A stretch of DNA of 64,000 nt from Podarcis muralis (taxonomy: Eukaryota), in assembly GCF_964188315.1 (NCBI RefSeq), contig NC_135669.1, positions 20,274,001-20,338,000 of the forward strand. Direction: 5' to 3'. The first letter of the stretch is position 1, and every line of letters starts with the position of its first letter. Both the position numbers and the translations under genes were made by a program. Positions 48,608 through 60,200 of the stretch are shown in pieces. Below the pieces are notes generated by a model. That model made no database searches, had not been told where the DNA came from, and saw nothing but the letters and a program-made list of their open reading frames with translations.

Positions 48608-51600
48608 CTAAGAGCAGAGAGAGGACAAGGCTGAGGAGCTCAAAAGAAGGCAGGGCAGTTGCAAGCCAGTAAAGCGGAATGAACACATTGCACTGAACAA
48701 ACTCGACAGCAGCCAAAGGCAGTCTTAGCTTCTGCCAATCTAAAAGGGAGCTGAATACCTGAGAAGGCACATTAGGAAAGTCATACGGGACATGCTGCTT
48801 TATCACAAGTGCAGTACAGAAGATTCTGCACCTGAATCCACCCATTTCTATGGGTGCAGTTTCCAATTTGCATACCAGCAAATTTCAGCATATGCAATCA
48901 TGTATATTTTCCAAATTTACATTCTTGCACTATCAGGGTTGGGACACAGGTGGCGCTGTGGGTTAAACCACAGAGCCTAGGACTTGCCGATCAGAAGGTC
49001 AGCGATTCGAATCCCTGCGACGGGGTGAGCTCCCGTTGCTCGGTCCCTGCTCCTGCCAACCTAGCAGTTCGAAAGCACGTCAAAAGTGCAAGTAGATTAA
49101 TAGGTACTGCTCCGGCGGGAAGGTAAATGGCGTTTCCGTGCGCTGCTCTGGTTTGCCAGAAGCGGCTTAGTCATGCTGGCCACATGACCTGGAAGCTGTA
49201 CGCCGGCTCCCTTGGCCAATAAAGCGAGGTGAGCACCGCAACCACAGAGTCGGTCACGACTGGACCTAATGGTCAGGGGTCCCTTTACCTTTTTACTATC
49301 AGGGTGGTCTTTGTTGCTTTCTAAATCATGGACTAACTCTACCTTTTTATGTTGCTGTTGCTTGCCCTGGGGACATTATGGAGGAAGAATGGGTAAGAAA
49401 TCATATGAATAATGATGATGATGATGCCTGCCACTTTCTAAGTAGAAACAGTTCCCACGGATAGCTGACAACTTCAGGGGAGATGGGGGTGGCGCCATTC
49501 AATTCTGCATCCAGACTGCTAGTACTTCAGGACGTACTGCAATGGATTTCATTGTGTTCCTACAGGTCCCTTGCTGTCACCACCAGAGTCCACTGACACT
49601 TGACTCATGGCAGTCATTTACTTATTGTTGTTCTAAGCTGCACTTTGGCCCCTCAAGACACATTATACATTATCACTTCTGTATTCCTCTTATTTGGACA
49701 GCTCTGTTAGGAATATTTGAGAATAGAGGATTCAGAACTGGGGGAAGACCTAGATCTTCCCAAAGTTCTCTTGCAGCTTTTAAATTAAGTGCCTGCATTT
49801 CAGTTTTATGTACCTACTTCTTGTACTGTGGGGCTTTTCCTTGGAGTAGTCCGATGTGTAGGTGGACTCAAAATAGTGAGCAAACTGAAAAGGAAAACAC
49901 AGATTGAGTGCATGTTTACGGTAACTGAGAAACCATAAGAACATTAAGAAGAGACTGGCTGCTGAATCAGACCAAATACCCATCAAGTCCAGAATCTCAA
50001 TTCCCATAGTGGTTAAACAGGTATTTCTGGGAAGTCTACAAACAGGGCATGAAGGTAACAGCACTCTCTTGCTCACGTTCTGGTACTCAGGCAGAGGCAT
50101 CTTGCCTCTGATCCTGGAGGTAGAATATATCTAGGATGACTAGCAGCCTTAACCTCCATGAATTTCTCTAATCCTCTTTTAAATTTCTCTAAGGGCTTAT
50201 CCACAGTTACCTTTCCTCCACACTTTTCAGGCATGGTCCACGCTTTAACCTCCGTGTTCAAGCACCTATTATTATTATTTTTTGCTTTGCAGCAATCTGC
50301 AGGAAACCCGAATTGCCAATTATTGTGCTTCAGCTTTTAAGAGCGGGTTATCGCAAGTTAAAAAAAATAAAATCTCTTGGACACGGATCCATGCCTGGTA
50401 GACCGGGCAAAAGCTAAGTGTAGATAAGGCCTAAGTTGGTGGCCATCCCAACATCTTGTGGGAGTGAATTCCATAGTTTAACTGTGAAGAAGAAATTCCT
50501 TCTGTCTGCCTCAAGTCTTGAAACATTCAGATTAATTGGATGACCACACTGGGTTCCAGTGTTATGGGAAATAAATGCCTCTTTACCCTTTTATTCACAC
50601 CACATGCAACTTCATATACTTGTATTCTGCATAATTTTGTACACCTCTATCATGCCCCCCTTTACTTGCCTTTTTTTTCTAGACAAAAAATCATGTAGAA
50701 CTTTTAAGAGGACGAGCCTTATCACCAAAGCAACACCAGCTTGGCTTGGCTTAGCGAGGCAGAAAGGCTGGGTATAATTAGGTATTGCGTGGTGGAGGAG
50801 GGTTTGGTGGGATGAAATGGCTAATATTGCAATCCTATGCAAGTTTACTCATAAAATGCGTTCAGTGGGACTCTTTCCCAGGGAAGTGTACATAGGATTG
50901 CAGCCAAAGAAAATAAACTGGAACTGAACAGACGGAAAGCAAGGAAGGACAACATCATAAACAGGAATGCTGCCTACTATTACATTTGTGCTTCTTCCTT
51001 GGAGCTTGGAGCAACAGACATGAGCTCCTAGGTGATGCCTGATTTAGGTCAGCCAAGCTCCCCTTCAAATATAAAATACAACAGAACATTTATATCCCAC
51101 CTTTCCCCCAAGGGGCCTGCATGGTGCCCCCGCCTTTTAAATCCTCATCACAACACTGTGACATAGATTAGCCTGAAAGAGAATGATGGACTCCAGAGAC
51201 CAGTAACCACCGTGGCTAAACAGGGAAGTAAAGCAGTTCAAGTATCTTATCTTCACACTTGCTCTTCTAAAGCTGGGCTGGAATCATTCAACAGGTTATA
51301 AGATAAATTAAACACAGAGTACTAGAGCAGGGGTCAGCAACCTAAGGCCCATGGGCAGGAAGTGGCCCATGGAGGTCATTTGAGTTGCCCACGAGCTGCC
51401 CCCAAACCGAGTTGCCTGCTCACGCGCTGCGCTAAACTGGCACAGCGCAGCGCCTCGCTTCCACGGCGCCAAAAATCGCGTCTGCGCAGAAGCCAAAAAT
51501 CACGGGGGTGCACGCTCACGCGGGTGCACAATCCAGCCCAGGCAAGATAAACCTTGCTGACCCCCGTACTAGAGCATGGGTGGAGGACCTTTGGCCACCA

Positions 51601-51999
51601 GATGCTGCTGAATTAATCTCCCCTAATCCCTAACTGGATGCTGGTGCTGATGGGAATGGAAGTCCAAGAACATCCAGAGGGCCGCAGGTTAGTCGCCCCT
51701 GTGCCAGAGGGCTGAATATTTCACTTTACGTTAACAAGCTAACAAACAGGGCAATGTGAATATGGTACTCTGACCTGGGAAGGGAGAGGCTTGGGCTGCA
51801 GTATTTTCCGAATGTCATAGCGCTCTTCGTTCCAGTTCCCCAAGAGGGTTTTGTTGGTGTAGGAGTCTTCGTTGGTGGTGCACCTCCAGCCATACTGGAA
51901 GAATTTGGCAGAGCTGTTCCAATCTGTCCACACTTCTCCATGACCATTGGCACGTAATAAACAGCCATGATGGGGGTTAAAGAAGCAAGATAGGGACAT
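48429..51999 (-). CDS. CFAP68: Cilia- and flagella-associated protein 68 (C11orf1), full spliced model, 156 aa
   Basis: complement(join(51775-51999,49818-49884,48429-48607)) = 471 nt. MSLSCFFNPHHG...GHGEVWTDWN...FFQYGWRCTTNE...LGNWNEERYD...QPKPLPSQFAHYFESTY...HWFPGHQPELEPP. Confidence 0.93.
48941..49294 (+). mobile_element. Sauria SINE, full length
   Basis: 11-bp TSD ACTATCAGGGT. Confidence 0.9.
49818..49884 (-). CDS. CFAP68: CFAP68 second coding exon
   Basis: TTTCAG|TTTGCTCAC...AGAA|GTAGGT; 67 nt. Confidence 0.92.
49930..50690 (-). mobile_element. Fragmented CR1 LINE
   Basis: KRQVKGGMIEVYKIM and LEKFKRGLEKFME remnants; CTTATGGTTTCT-type tail. Confidence 0.6.
51328..51566. mobile_element. 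hAT (Charlie-like) MITE
   Basis: TIRs CAGGGGTCAGCAA / TTGCTGACCCCCG; perfect 8-bp TSD TACTAGAG. Confidence 0.88.
51775..51999 (-). CDS. CFAP68: CFAP68 first coding exon (acceptor at 52002)
   Basis: CTCTTCCTAG|GACATGTCC; donor CAG|GTCAGA. Confidence 0.92.
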
Positions 52000-53624
52000 G
52001 TCCTAGGAAGAGACAGAAACGTCAAATGAGGACAGGAAACAACTTGTATTAGGGAAGGCACAACTACACTACAAACCTATCAAGTGCCATGTCTTCTCTC
52101 AGCAAATTCTGGGAACCGTATTTGAAGATGTCCTGAGCTGCCTTCTCAGAAAACTCCTAATACCCCCTAAGGAAGTAACTATTAAAGAAGGTTAAGGCTA
52201 TAATCCTAATCACACAAACTGTATGCCACAATATAGTGGTTTACATCAGAGCAAACATGTTCAAGATGACCTTTTAACACTGCAAACCCATACACACTGA
52301 CTTACTAGACAAAGTTCAGTTGAAATCAGTACAACTTACTTTTGAATAAACCTGCACAGGCACATACTCCTTGTCTGTTGTGTAGGTATGTCTCAGGAAA
52401 AAAAGACAATATTAATCACTGTTCCTAAAATTATGTTTCTCCTTTAATATTATTTTTTAATATTTATTTTATGCAACTAATATGGTACATGCTCCTCTAC
52501 TACACCTCTTGCAATCGAAGTATAAACTTGTGTACTCCTGAAAACCCACTTTTAGTGGGACTTACTTCCTCATTACACTTGGGATTTAACTATTTCTACA
52601 TTTTAGAACATAACTTTACATTCTTTTAAAATTTGTTTTTCAGCCCTATGCTTCTCTAGTTCTTTTCCCACACCAAAATCAGTCTGATTCCCTGACACTG
52701 GACAGTGATATTAACTGCTGAAAGATCTTATTTTAACCAAAACATATGGGGATGGTTTCATCATGTGGATAGGTTAGAAGGATGGATTGTGCTGAAATTT
52801 GGAACTGGAGTTCAGTAGGGGAATACCTCTGAATCAGAAGAGGTTGTAGCTGATAAAACTGAAGAACTGAGCTCATCCATATTTCTCCACATTTTCTTGC
52901 TTATTTGTCTTGGTTTTAATTGTAATTTTGCCTCAGGATCTTAGCCAAAATTGGCAGCCTCAGTAGAGTGAAGTTCAAGGCTGTAGCTGATCTTAAAAAG
53001 TGCTGAAGTTTTTTTTTGGCAGCCCTTACAAAGGAAGGTGGCAGGAGGAACTGGAGCAGGCAGCCAGAAAAACTGATTGCTTTTGTTTGTGATGCAACTT
53101 CCTGATCATCGGCTAGTCCTGATGTCACTGGTTTCTGAGCATCCATGGGGTGAGAGACTTTTATCCAAAAATCAGTATGACCGGACCTTGTCATCAAGGA
53201 GGTCAAGCACTAAGATACAGCTGTACAGTATTCCTATACAGCCTCACTAGTGAGTAAGGCCCCTTGAAATAAGCAGCATTTAGATCTGCCTAAACACATT
53301 CAAAAGGTTGCACTGCATAATAATATGCAGGCAGAAATACAACCAAATGTTTGAAGCAGCCACTTCAATTGCATACTGATGAGATTTGAAACCTAGAATT
53401 ATTTAAAAAATGATTTGTACAACTCACCGCTCGAGTTCCCTAGAACCATCTTTTTAATTAAGGGTAGTATTCAGTGGCCCCACTGAAATTAACGTACATG
53501 TCTAAGTTACATCCCCTAATTTCAATGGAACTGCTCTGAATAAAACTTAGTTGAATACCACCCCAATGCTACAAGCCTTGTATCTTAATATCTTAAAATT
53601 AAATAAGCACAATATTGCCTGATA

Positions 53625-53979
53625 CAGTGGTACCTCGCAAGACGAATGCCTCGCAAGACAAAAAACTCGCTAGATGAAAGGGTTTTTTGTTTTTTGAGCT
53701 GCTTCGCAAGACGATTTTCCCTATGGGCTTGCTTCGCAAGACGGAAACGTCTTGCAAGTTTGTTTCCTTTTTCTTAACACCGTTAATACAGTTGCGACTT
53801 GACTTCGAGGAGCAACTCATAGAACGCGGTATGGTAGCCTTTTTTGAGGTTTTTAAAGACTTTGGTGATTTTTGAAGCTTTTCCAAAACTTTCCCGACAC
53901 CGTGCTTCGCAAGACGAAAAAAATCGCAAGACGACAAAACTCGTAGAATGAATTAATTTCGTCTTGCGAGGCACCACTG
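53625..53979. mobile_element. Tigger-like MITE, family C
   Basis: TIRs CAGTGGTACCTCGCAAGACGAA / TTCGTCTTGCGAGGCACCACTG; TA TSD; internal TCGCAAGAC repeats. Confidence 0.88.
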
Positions 53980-54227
53980 TATATTTAATTTCCCAGAAAC
54001 ATTATTAGCACAAAGGTGTGCATATTACATACTGGAACACAATCCTGCCATACACTCAGAGTGTGTACCTGAAAGCTCTCCCCTCCCTTCTGATAACGCT
54101 GGTTCTGATGGCTCAGAAACAAAATGGAAGGCAATCTGTGCATGCTTAAAGGCAGGTTTCACTCCCTTATTGCTCTTTTGAAAAAGCTTTTAGGGATGAG
54201 CAAGTTACCTGATTTGAAAACAGCCTA

Positions 54228-54606
54228 CAGCGGGTAGCGCTGTGGTCTAAACCACTGAGCCTCTTGGGCTTGCCGATCAGAAGGTCAACGGTTCGAATCC
54301 CCACAATGGGGTGAGCTCCTGTTGCTCTGTCCCAGCTCCTGCCAACCTAGCAGTTCAAAAGCACGCCAGTGCAAGTAGATAAATAGGTACCGCTGTGGTG
54401 GGAAGGTAAATGGTGTTTCCGTGCGCTCTGGTTTCCGTCATGGTGTTCCGTTGTGCCAGAAGCAGTTTAGTTATGCTGGCCACATGACCCAGAAAGCTGT
54501 CTGCGCACAAACGCCGGCTCCCTTGGCCTGAAGCAAGATGAACGCCACAAGCCCATAGTCACCTTTGACTAGACTTAACCGTCCAGGGATCATTTAACTT
54601 TTTTTG
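54228..54606 (+). mobile_element. Sauria SINE, older subfamily
   Basis: Head GCGGGTAGCGCTGTGGTCTAAACC...GGTTCGAATCC; more diverged body. Confidence 0.85.
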
Positions 54607-55379
54607 TACAAGCCTATGCACACTTGTAAGCACCATGGAGGCTATTAGGGCACACTTCTAATAAATGTGCATTGAACAGTACTGCACCCCTCCCCCCGAG
54701 CAATGCATCATTGAGCCCAACCAAAGAATCACCTTGCTGGATCAGATGGAAGAGTCTGTCTAGTGGAAGAACTTTGGCCAGTCACTCTCAGACTAATCTT
54801 CCTAACATAGTTGCTGTGGAGACCTATGTCCACCTGTGTGATATGGACATGTGCTTTGTATATATTAAAAAGTTCCCTTATTTTGTTATTTAATTTTGCT
54901 GCTTCCGAGGCTTTCGTGCTCTCCTGTTAGCTGTGATGGCCTCAATAATATTGTCCAAAAAATGGTGATGATGGCATAAATCATTGAATGTTATTTTTAA
55001 TATTGCAATTGTTGTATAAGGGATTATCATGATCGGAATGTAATTGAAATTAATAAGATTTTGGAACGCAGAAATAAAGAAAATCATCAAACCATCCATT
55101 CTAGCACACGGGGGGGGGGGCACCTAAATTATATAATTCGGTATCTGAATGATTGGTATTAGTAATTGTATTATAAATTGGTATTGGTATAATGTGGCTG
55201 TTATTGGAATGTAATTGAAAATTAATAAAAATTATTTTGTAAATTGTCAAAAAAACAACCCCGAAGGAAGAAGGTTAAGAACAGGAAAAGATGGTAGGCT
55301 GCATCTGAATATGGTAACTCCATTTTAGCAGCCATCCCTCAAGACTCCTTTTCTCCTCAGCTCCCTTCCCTTCCGCCCC

Positions 55380-55740
55380 CTCCCCTCCCCTCCCCTGCCC
55401 CGCTCCATCCTCCCCTCGGTCTCAGCGGAGCCCGGCCCTTTCCCTATGCCCACCTGATAAAAAGGCGGAGTAAGGGGAAGGAAAAGCAGGAAGCCGTTTC
55501 CAAGGCAACCGCCCAAACGGCGCGCGCCGGAAGCGAAGGGCGCACGCTGGCGGAAGTGACGTAAACATACCGTGACGCCGGCTTCGGGAGAGTGGAAAGG
55601 TGTGTTTGCGGGGAGACCTAAGTGGGTTAAAAGACCCAATGAAGAAAGGAAAAGGCGTGGGGCGGGGGGCAACAGTCCTTTGCCACTTTTATGCCCTCTG
55701 CGGGAGGGAGGGTCCTATGCCACGCCCCCTAAGAATCCCC
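55380..55740. promoter_or_regulatory. Bidirectional CpG-island promoter of CFAP68 and FDXACB1
   Basis: CpG-dense; X-box-like GTTTCCAAGGCAAC 55496-509; CCGGAAG 55527; ETS-CRE CGGAAGTGACGT 55551-62; candidate non-coding first-exon donors at 55454 (-) and 55599 (+). Confidence 0.8.
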
Positions 55741-55764
55741 TATTTCTTTGTTTACATACAGTCA

Positions 55765-55942
55765 CATAGCTGTCAACTTTCAGATTTGAAAATAAGCGAT
55801 CAGCAGCCTCGAAAATAAGGGATCAGCAGCCTCACTTGTCCTAGGGACAGTCTACAGGATATCTAACAATCCGGGATAGCAGCGGGAAATGGCGCTGGAA
55901 TAAGGGGATTTCCCGCAAAAAAAGGGAATACTGACAGCTATG
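55765..55942. mobile_element. hAT MITE
   Basis: TIRs CATAGCTGTCA / TGACAGCTATG; 8-bp TSD TACAGTC(A/C). Confidence 0.8.
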
Positions 55943-56924
55943 TACAGTCCGTGCTTTTTTTTCTGGGGGTACGCATGGGTACACATACACCTAAACATTT
56001 TGTGAATCTTTGTACTTTTGTCCGTTTACTGTTTTTATTTCCCCCGAATTGAACTATAAAATTGTGATTTTCTTGAGTCAAAATGAGAGTAACCCTAAAC
56101 ATTTTTTTAGGGGGAAAACTACTGCATACAGTATATCCTGCCCGTCCGTGAAGGAGCTCCAAGGCGGTGTATACTTAATTCTCTCCCAGCTCAACCTCCT
56201 CCGGCTTGTTCTCTCACAACATGCTTTCAAGGACTGGTCAGGAATGAAGGGGCTTCGTAGTCACAGTAGCGTCTGAAGGGCAGCAGAGTGGAGTGGACTA
56301 GCTGAAGAAAGGTCACCTCATGGCTTCGGGGTATTGACCCTGGATCTCTCTCTCCCCTAATCTCAGTGTGAGGTACTGAGTGACTGCAGTCTCATACTGA
56401 CTCACTACTGCTTCAAGGAGGGGGGATCTACTCACCTGTATATCCAACCTTTAGAGAGCCAGGAGGACTCACTTTTTTTTCTTTTTGAGGACTTGCTTTT
56501 CTAAATTCACAAATTTTAAAATGCTTAATCTTTACTGCACTCTTCATTATTTGGTATTAAAAAATACTAATAATTGTATAGAATATTTGCAGTGTTGGGA
56601 GTATAAGGAATGAAGGTGTGCTAAACCACGGCATTGAATTAACATGATTAATGAAACAATATAAACCACTTGCTGCTACTTTGATTCACATCTTGGCTTT
56701 GTCTCCAGCTTCCTGTCACCATACACCTTTTTTCAGCATGTATTCGTGTATGTTAAAGTAAGATTAGAATACTTGCTTGCTTATGAACTTGAATTTTTGA
56801 CCCGTACAAAGGATTTTCTATGTTGCTGTCATGTCAGCTAGGCTGGCCTGGTGGATATTATTAACAAATGCTGCTTTTGCTGACTGGAGACAACTCTAGA
56901 TGTTTTTGAAACCAGCCGATTCCT

Positions 56925-57040
56925 ATATTTTTTGTTTTTAATGCCTGACGTTTTCTTACGTTTTTATATGTGTTGGAAGCCATCCAGAGTGGCTGCGGCA
57001 ACACAGCCAGGTGGACGGGATATAAATAATAATTATTTTT
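56925..57040 (+). mobile_element. L2 3' tail
   Basis: GTTGGAAGCCATCCAGAGTGGCTG...CAGCCAGGTGGACGGGATATAAATAATAA. Confidence 0.7.
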
Positions 57041-57073
57041 ATTACATTTCTCTCCACTTAAGGTTTTGCCACC

Positions 57074-57257
57074 ATGAGGCCTCTGCACCATCAGCCCTGT
57101 CTCCTCCTAGTTGGAGAAGGAAACTTTTCCTTCTCTGCCAGTTTGTGTGAAGCAAGGAACTGTGAGGCTCACATTGTTGCTACCTGCTATGAGAGTGAAG
57201 CTACTGCAACTAGACAAGCTGTTGCCAAGTCCAACATACAATATCTGAGGGACAGAG
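57074..57257 (+). CDS. FDXACB1: FDXACB1 coding exon 1
   Basis: Acceptor at 57062; donor AGAG|GTAAAA, phase 1. Confidence 0.94.
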
Positions 57258-60200
57258 GTAAAAGGAAGAAGAACAATCAAAAAAGAAATGTTGTTTGTTG
57301 CATAATTTCTGATGGCTGTTGTTGGAGAACTATTTTCACCAGAGCAAATTGGCTTCTTGGGACTCTGATAATGGGGTTTGCTGGGATGCCACAGGATAAA
57401 TGGGGTTGCTAGGATCCTGCGTAGACATGTAAACCTTCTAAATAAGTAACTGGAGGTCCATCTGTTCTCTTCTTTATAGCAAGTTGGACTTGCCCTGCAG
57501 TAGGTGAGATGGAAGAAGCAGGATTAAGGGACCAGGGAAATGAATGGTGTGCAGAAGCCACAGTTGCATTTTCAGAATATCTGATTAGAGCAAGTTGAAC
57601 AAAATTGAAAAATAAAAACATTTTTAGAAACTGTAGGAGGGAAAGGGAAAGGAAAAATTGGATTGCGCTTGTGGAAGTTGTTCCACTTGTTCAGTGACTT
57701 CCCAGAGCAGTTAAATGAAAACAAATCATGGCTCCACATTAGCCAGGCCACAGTCACACAGTCAAAAGGAATCAGTTACAGCATTGTCATCTACATTCTT
57801 GGCACATTTAGAGAGCTGGAAAGAATCTTGTTTCAGTCTAGCTTGACTTGCTTTTTGAGTCATTTGAAGCTATTTATTGTATCTGCTGTGTACTTGTGGG
57901 CACAACAATCAGGTTTAGGTGAATTAATTTGTGGAAGACCTTGTCCTGAAGCAAGGAACTGTGATGTGGGTATTGGGTGAGGACCCCTGCAAATTCAAGC
58001 CTAAAGAATATATAAATTTGCTTTCACTTGTTACCTTTGTTGCATTGGGAATACCCTTCCAGGCAGTGTCTCATTAAGATAATGATAATAATAAAGATTC
58101 TACCTTTCTCAAGTGCCCATTAAAGTGTGTATTGCATGAAGATAATCTCCAAGTATCTTACATATCATTTTTCTTTTACCATTCCAGGTGCTAAAGTTCT
58201 CTTTTGTGTTGACTGCACAAAACTGAAGGAGCATTTTTTGCCAGCTGATCGGAAATTTGATTGCATTTATTTCAACTTCCCCCACTGTGGGAGAAAAGCT
58301 GGAGTGAAAAAGAACAGGGAGCTTCTTGCCAGGTTTTTCTTTAGGTGAGGCCAAAATGAGCCATGTCAATGTACTCTTGTTACTGGGAAGGTGGTGTGTG
58401 TTAATTTCAGTTGATGTTGCTACCTTACACCAAAACCTATCTTCAATATAAAATTGATATAAATGTGAGCCAGCTAAGTTCAGATGTTCTGGTTTTATAC
58501 AGGCAGGCATATTTAGTTGATGCGCTTCCTTTTAAACACTATATACAAATAAATGCTTTGTTGCAATTGGCTGTTTTGAGCAATGAGGCAGTGTGGTAGC
58601 AGATGGTCTGTATAAGTAGGGGAAATGCACCAGGGTTTTCATGCAAGAGAACTAATAATTCTGCGCCTTGGAGTTGCTATTCATTTTTGCAAGCTTTCCA
58701 GCAAACACCTCCAGTTATAGGAACTATAAAGATCCTATTTGGAGCAATGCTGTTAAGGTCCAGTGAGAAAATATAAGCACTATGTGTTTTCCTCTCTTTG
58801 TAATCTTTCTTTTGATGAAAGTTTCTTGTCATACCTGCCCAAGCTCAGTAACCAATCATATAACACACTCTTTCCCCTCCCAAAGTGCAACTCTCACAAT
58901 CCTTCCCCCACCCCCTAAAATATTGCTAAGAGCTACACAATCCAAGGACTTCTTGGAAACAGCTCAAGAAGGCAGCAGAGTGTTGCCTCAGGCACAAAAG
59001 AATGTTACCCATCACTCCTCTCTTCCTTTTCCAGCTGTGCAGAAGTCCTGGCAGAGAAAGGCGAGGTCCATGTGGCACTTTGCAGAGGGCAGGGTGGTAC
59101 CCCTGCAGACCAGCCTGTGAGGGAATGGCATAACAGCTGGCAAGTAGTGGCTATGGCAGCGGAGGCAGGATTTATTTTGAGCGACATTCATCCATTTAAC
59201 ATCGGGGATGCTTGCAGATATAAATGTACAGGTTACAGGTAAGTTGCAGCACAGCACAGCAGATGGTGGCATTCCAGATGTGATTGTGGGTGTTGCCATG
59301 GTAACCAGCATATTAGCATCTGCTCTTGCTTCTGAAGCTGCCTCCGTGTTTAAGAAACAGCAAGGAAGTTTCTTTGCTGGATGTTGCTGTATAAGATTCC
59401 TGCCTCTAGCAGCAAGAGTGCTATATTTTACACCAGCCTTTCCCAGTCTGGTACCCTCCAGATGTTTTTGACTGCTGACTCCCACCAGCCCTGACTCACT
59501 GACCTTGCTGGTTAGGGTAATGGGTGTTGAAATTAAAAATTCATGGAGGACACCAGGATTGGGAAGGCTGCATTTTAATTGTCTTTGGTTCTCACGACTT
59601 TATCAGGTTAGTAGATAGAGGGAATGGATTGGATCTCAATCTCCAGTTAAGTGCTACAGAGATGCTGGGGGAAAGAGTCAGCACGCTAGTAGTTTCCCAT
59701 GCCTTCCTTCCACCATTTACTTTCGGCCAGCCTGGCATTTATACCCAGGGCCCTGAATCGACAGTCGTACCTCTGCTTATGTATCCCTCTGGATATGTAA
59801 ACTTCGGGTTGCGAACGTGGCAAACCCGGAAGTATACTTCCGGCTTTCGCTGTGTGTGCATGCGCAAAAGTGCTCTGCATGCCACATGCATGTGCAGAAG
59901 TGCTCAATCAGGCCGTGCATGTGCACAGAAGGGCGCCTCCGGTTACGGACTTTTCGGGATATGGCCGGGCCTCTGGAATGGACCCCATCCGTAACCGGAG
60001 GTACCACTGTACAGTGGTACCTCGGGTTAAGAACTTAATTCGTTCTGGAGGTCCGTTCTTAACCTGAAACTGTTCTTAAGCTGAGGTACCACTTTAGCTA
60101 ATGGGGCCTCCTGCTGCTGCCGCACCGCCGCCACACGATTTTTGTTCGCATCCTGAAGCAAAGTTCTTAACCCGAGGTAATATTTCTGGGTTAGTGTAGT

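Noticed and set aside
48941-49020. tRNA-like sequence with A/B boxes (also at other SINE heads and at 23712)
   Set aside because: No complete cloverleaf; it continues into a SINE body flanked by TSDs.
53376-53391. CTGATGA...GAAA hammerhead-ribozyme-like core
   Set aside because: No stem II, stem III or stem I pairing and no correctly placed NUH cleavage triplet.
59012-59485. 157-aa ORF antisense to FDXACB1 exon 3
   Set aside because: Shadow ORF of a real exon, with no independent support.
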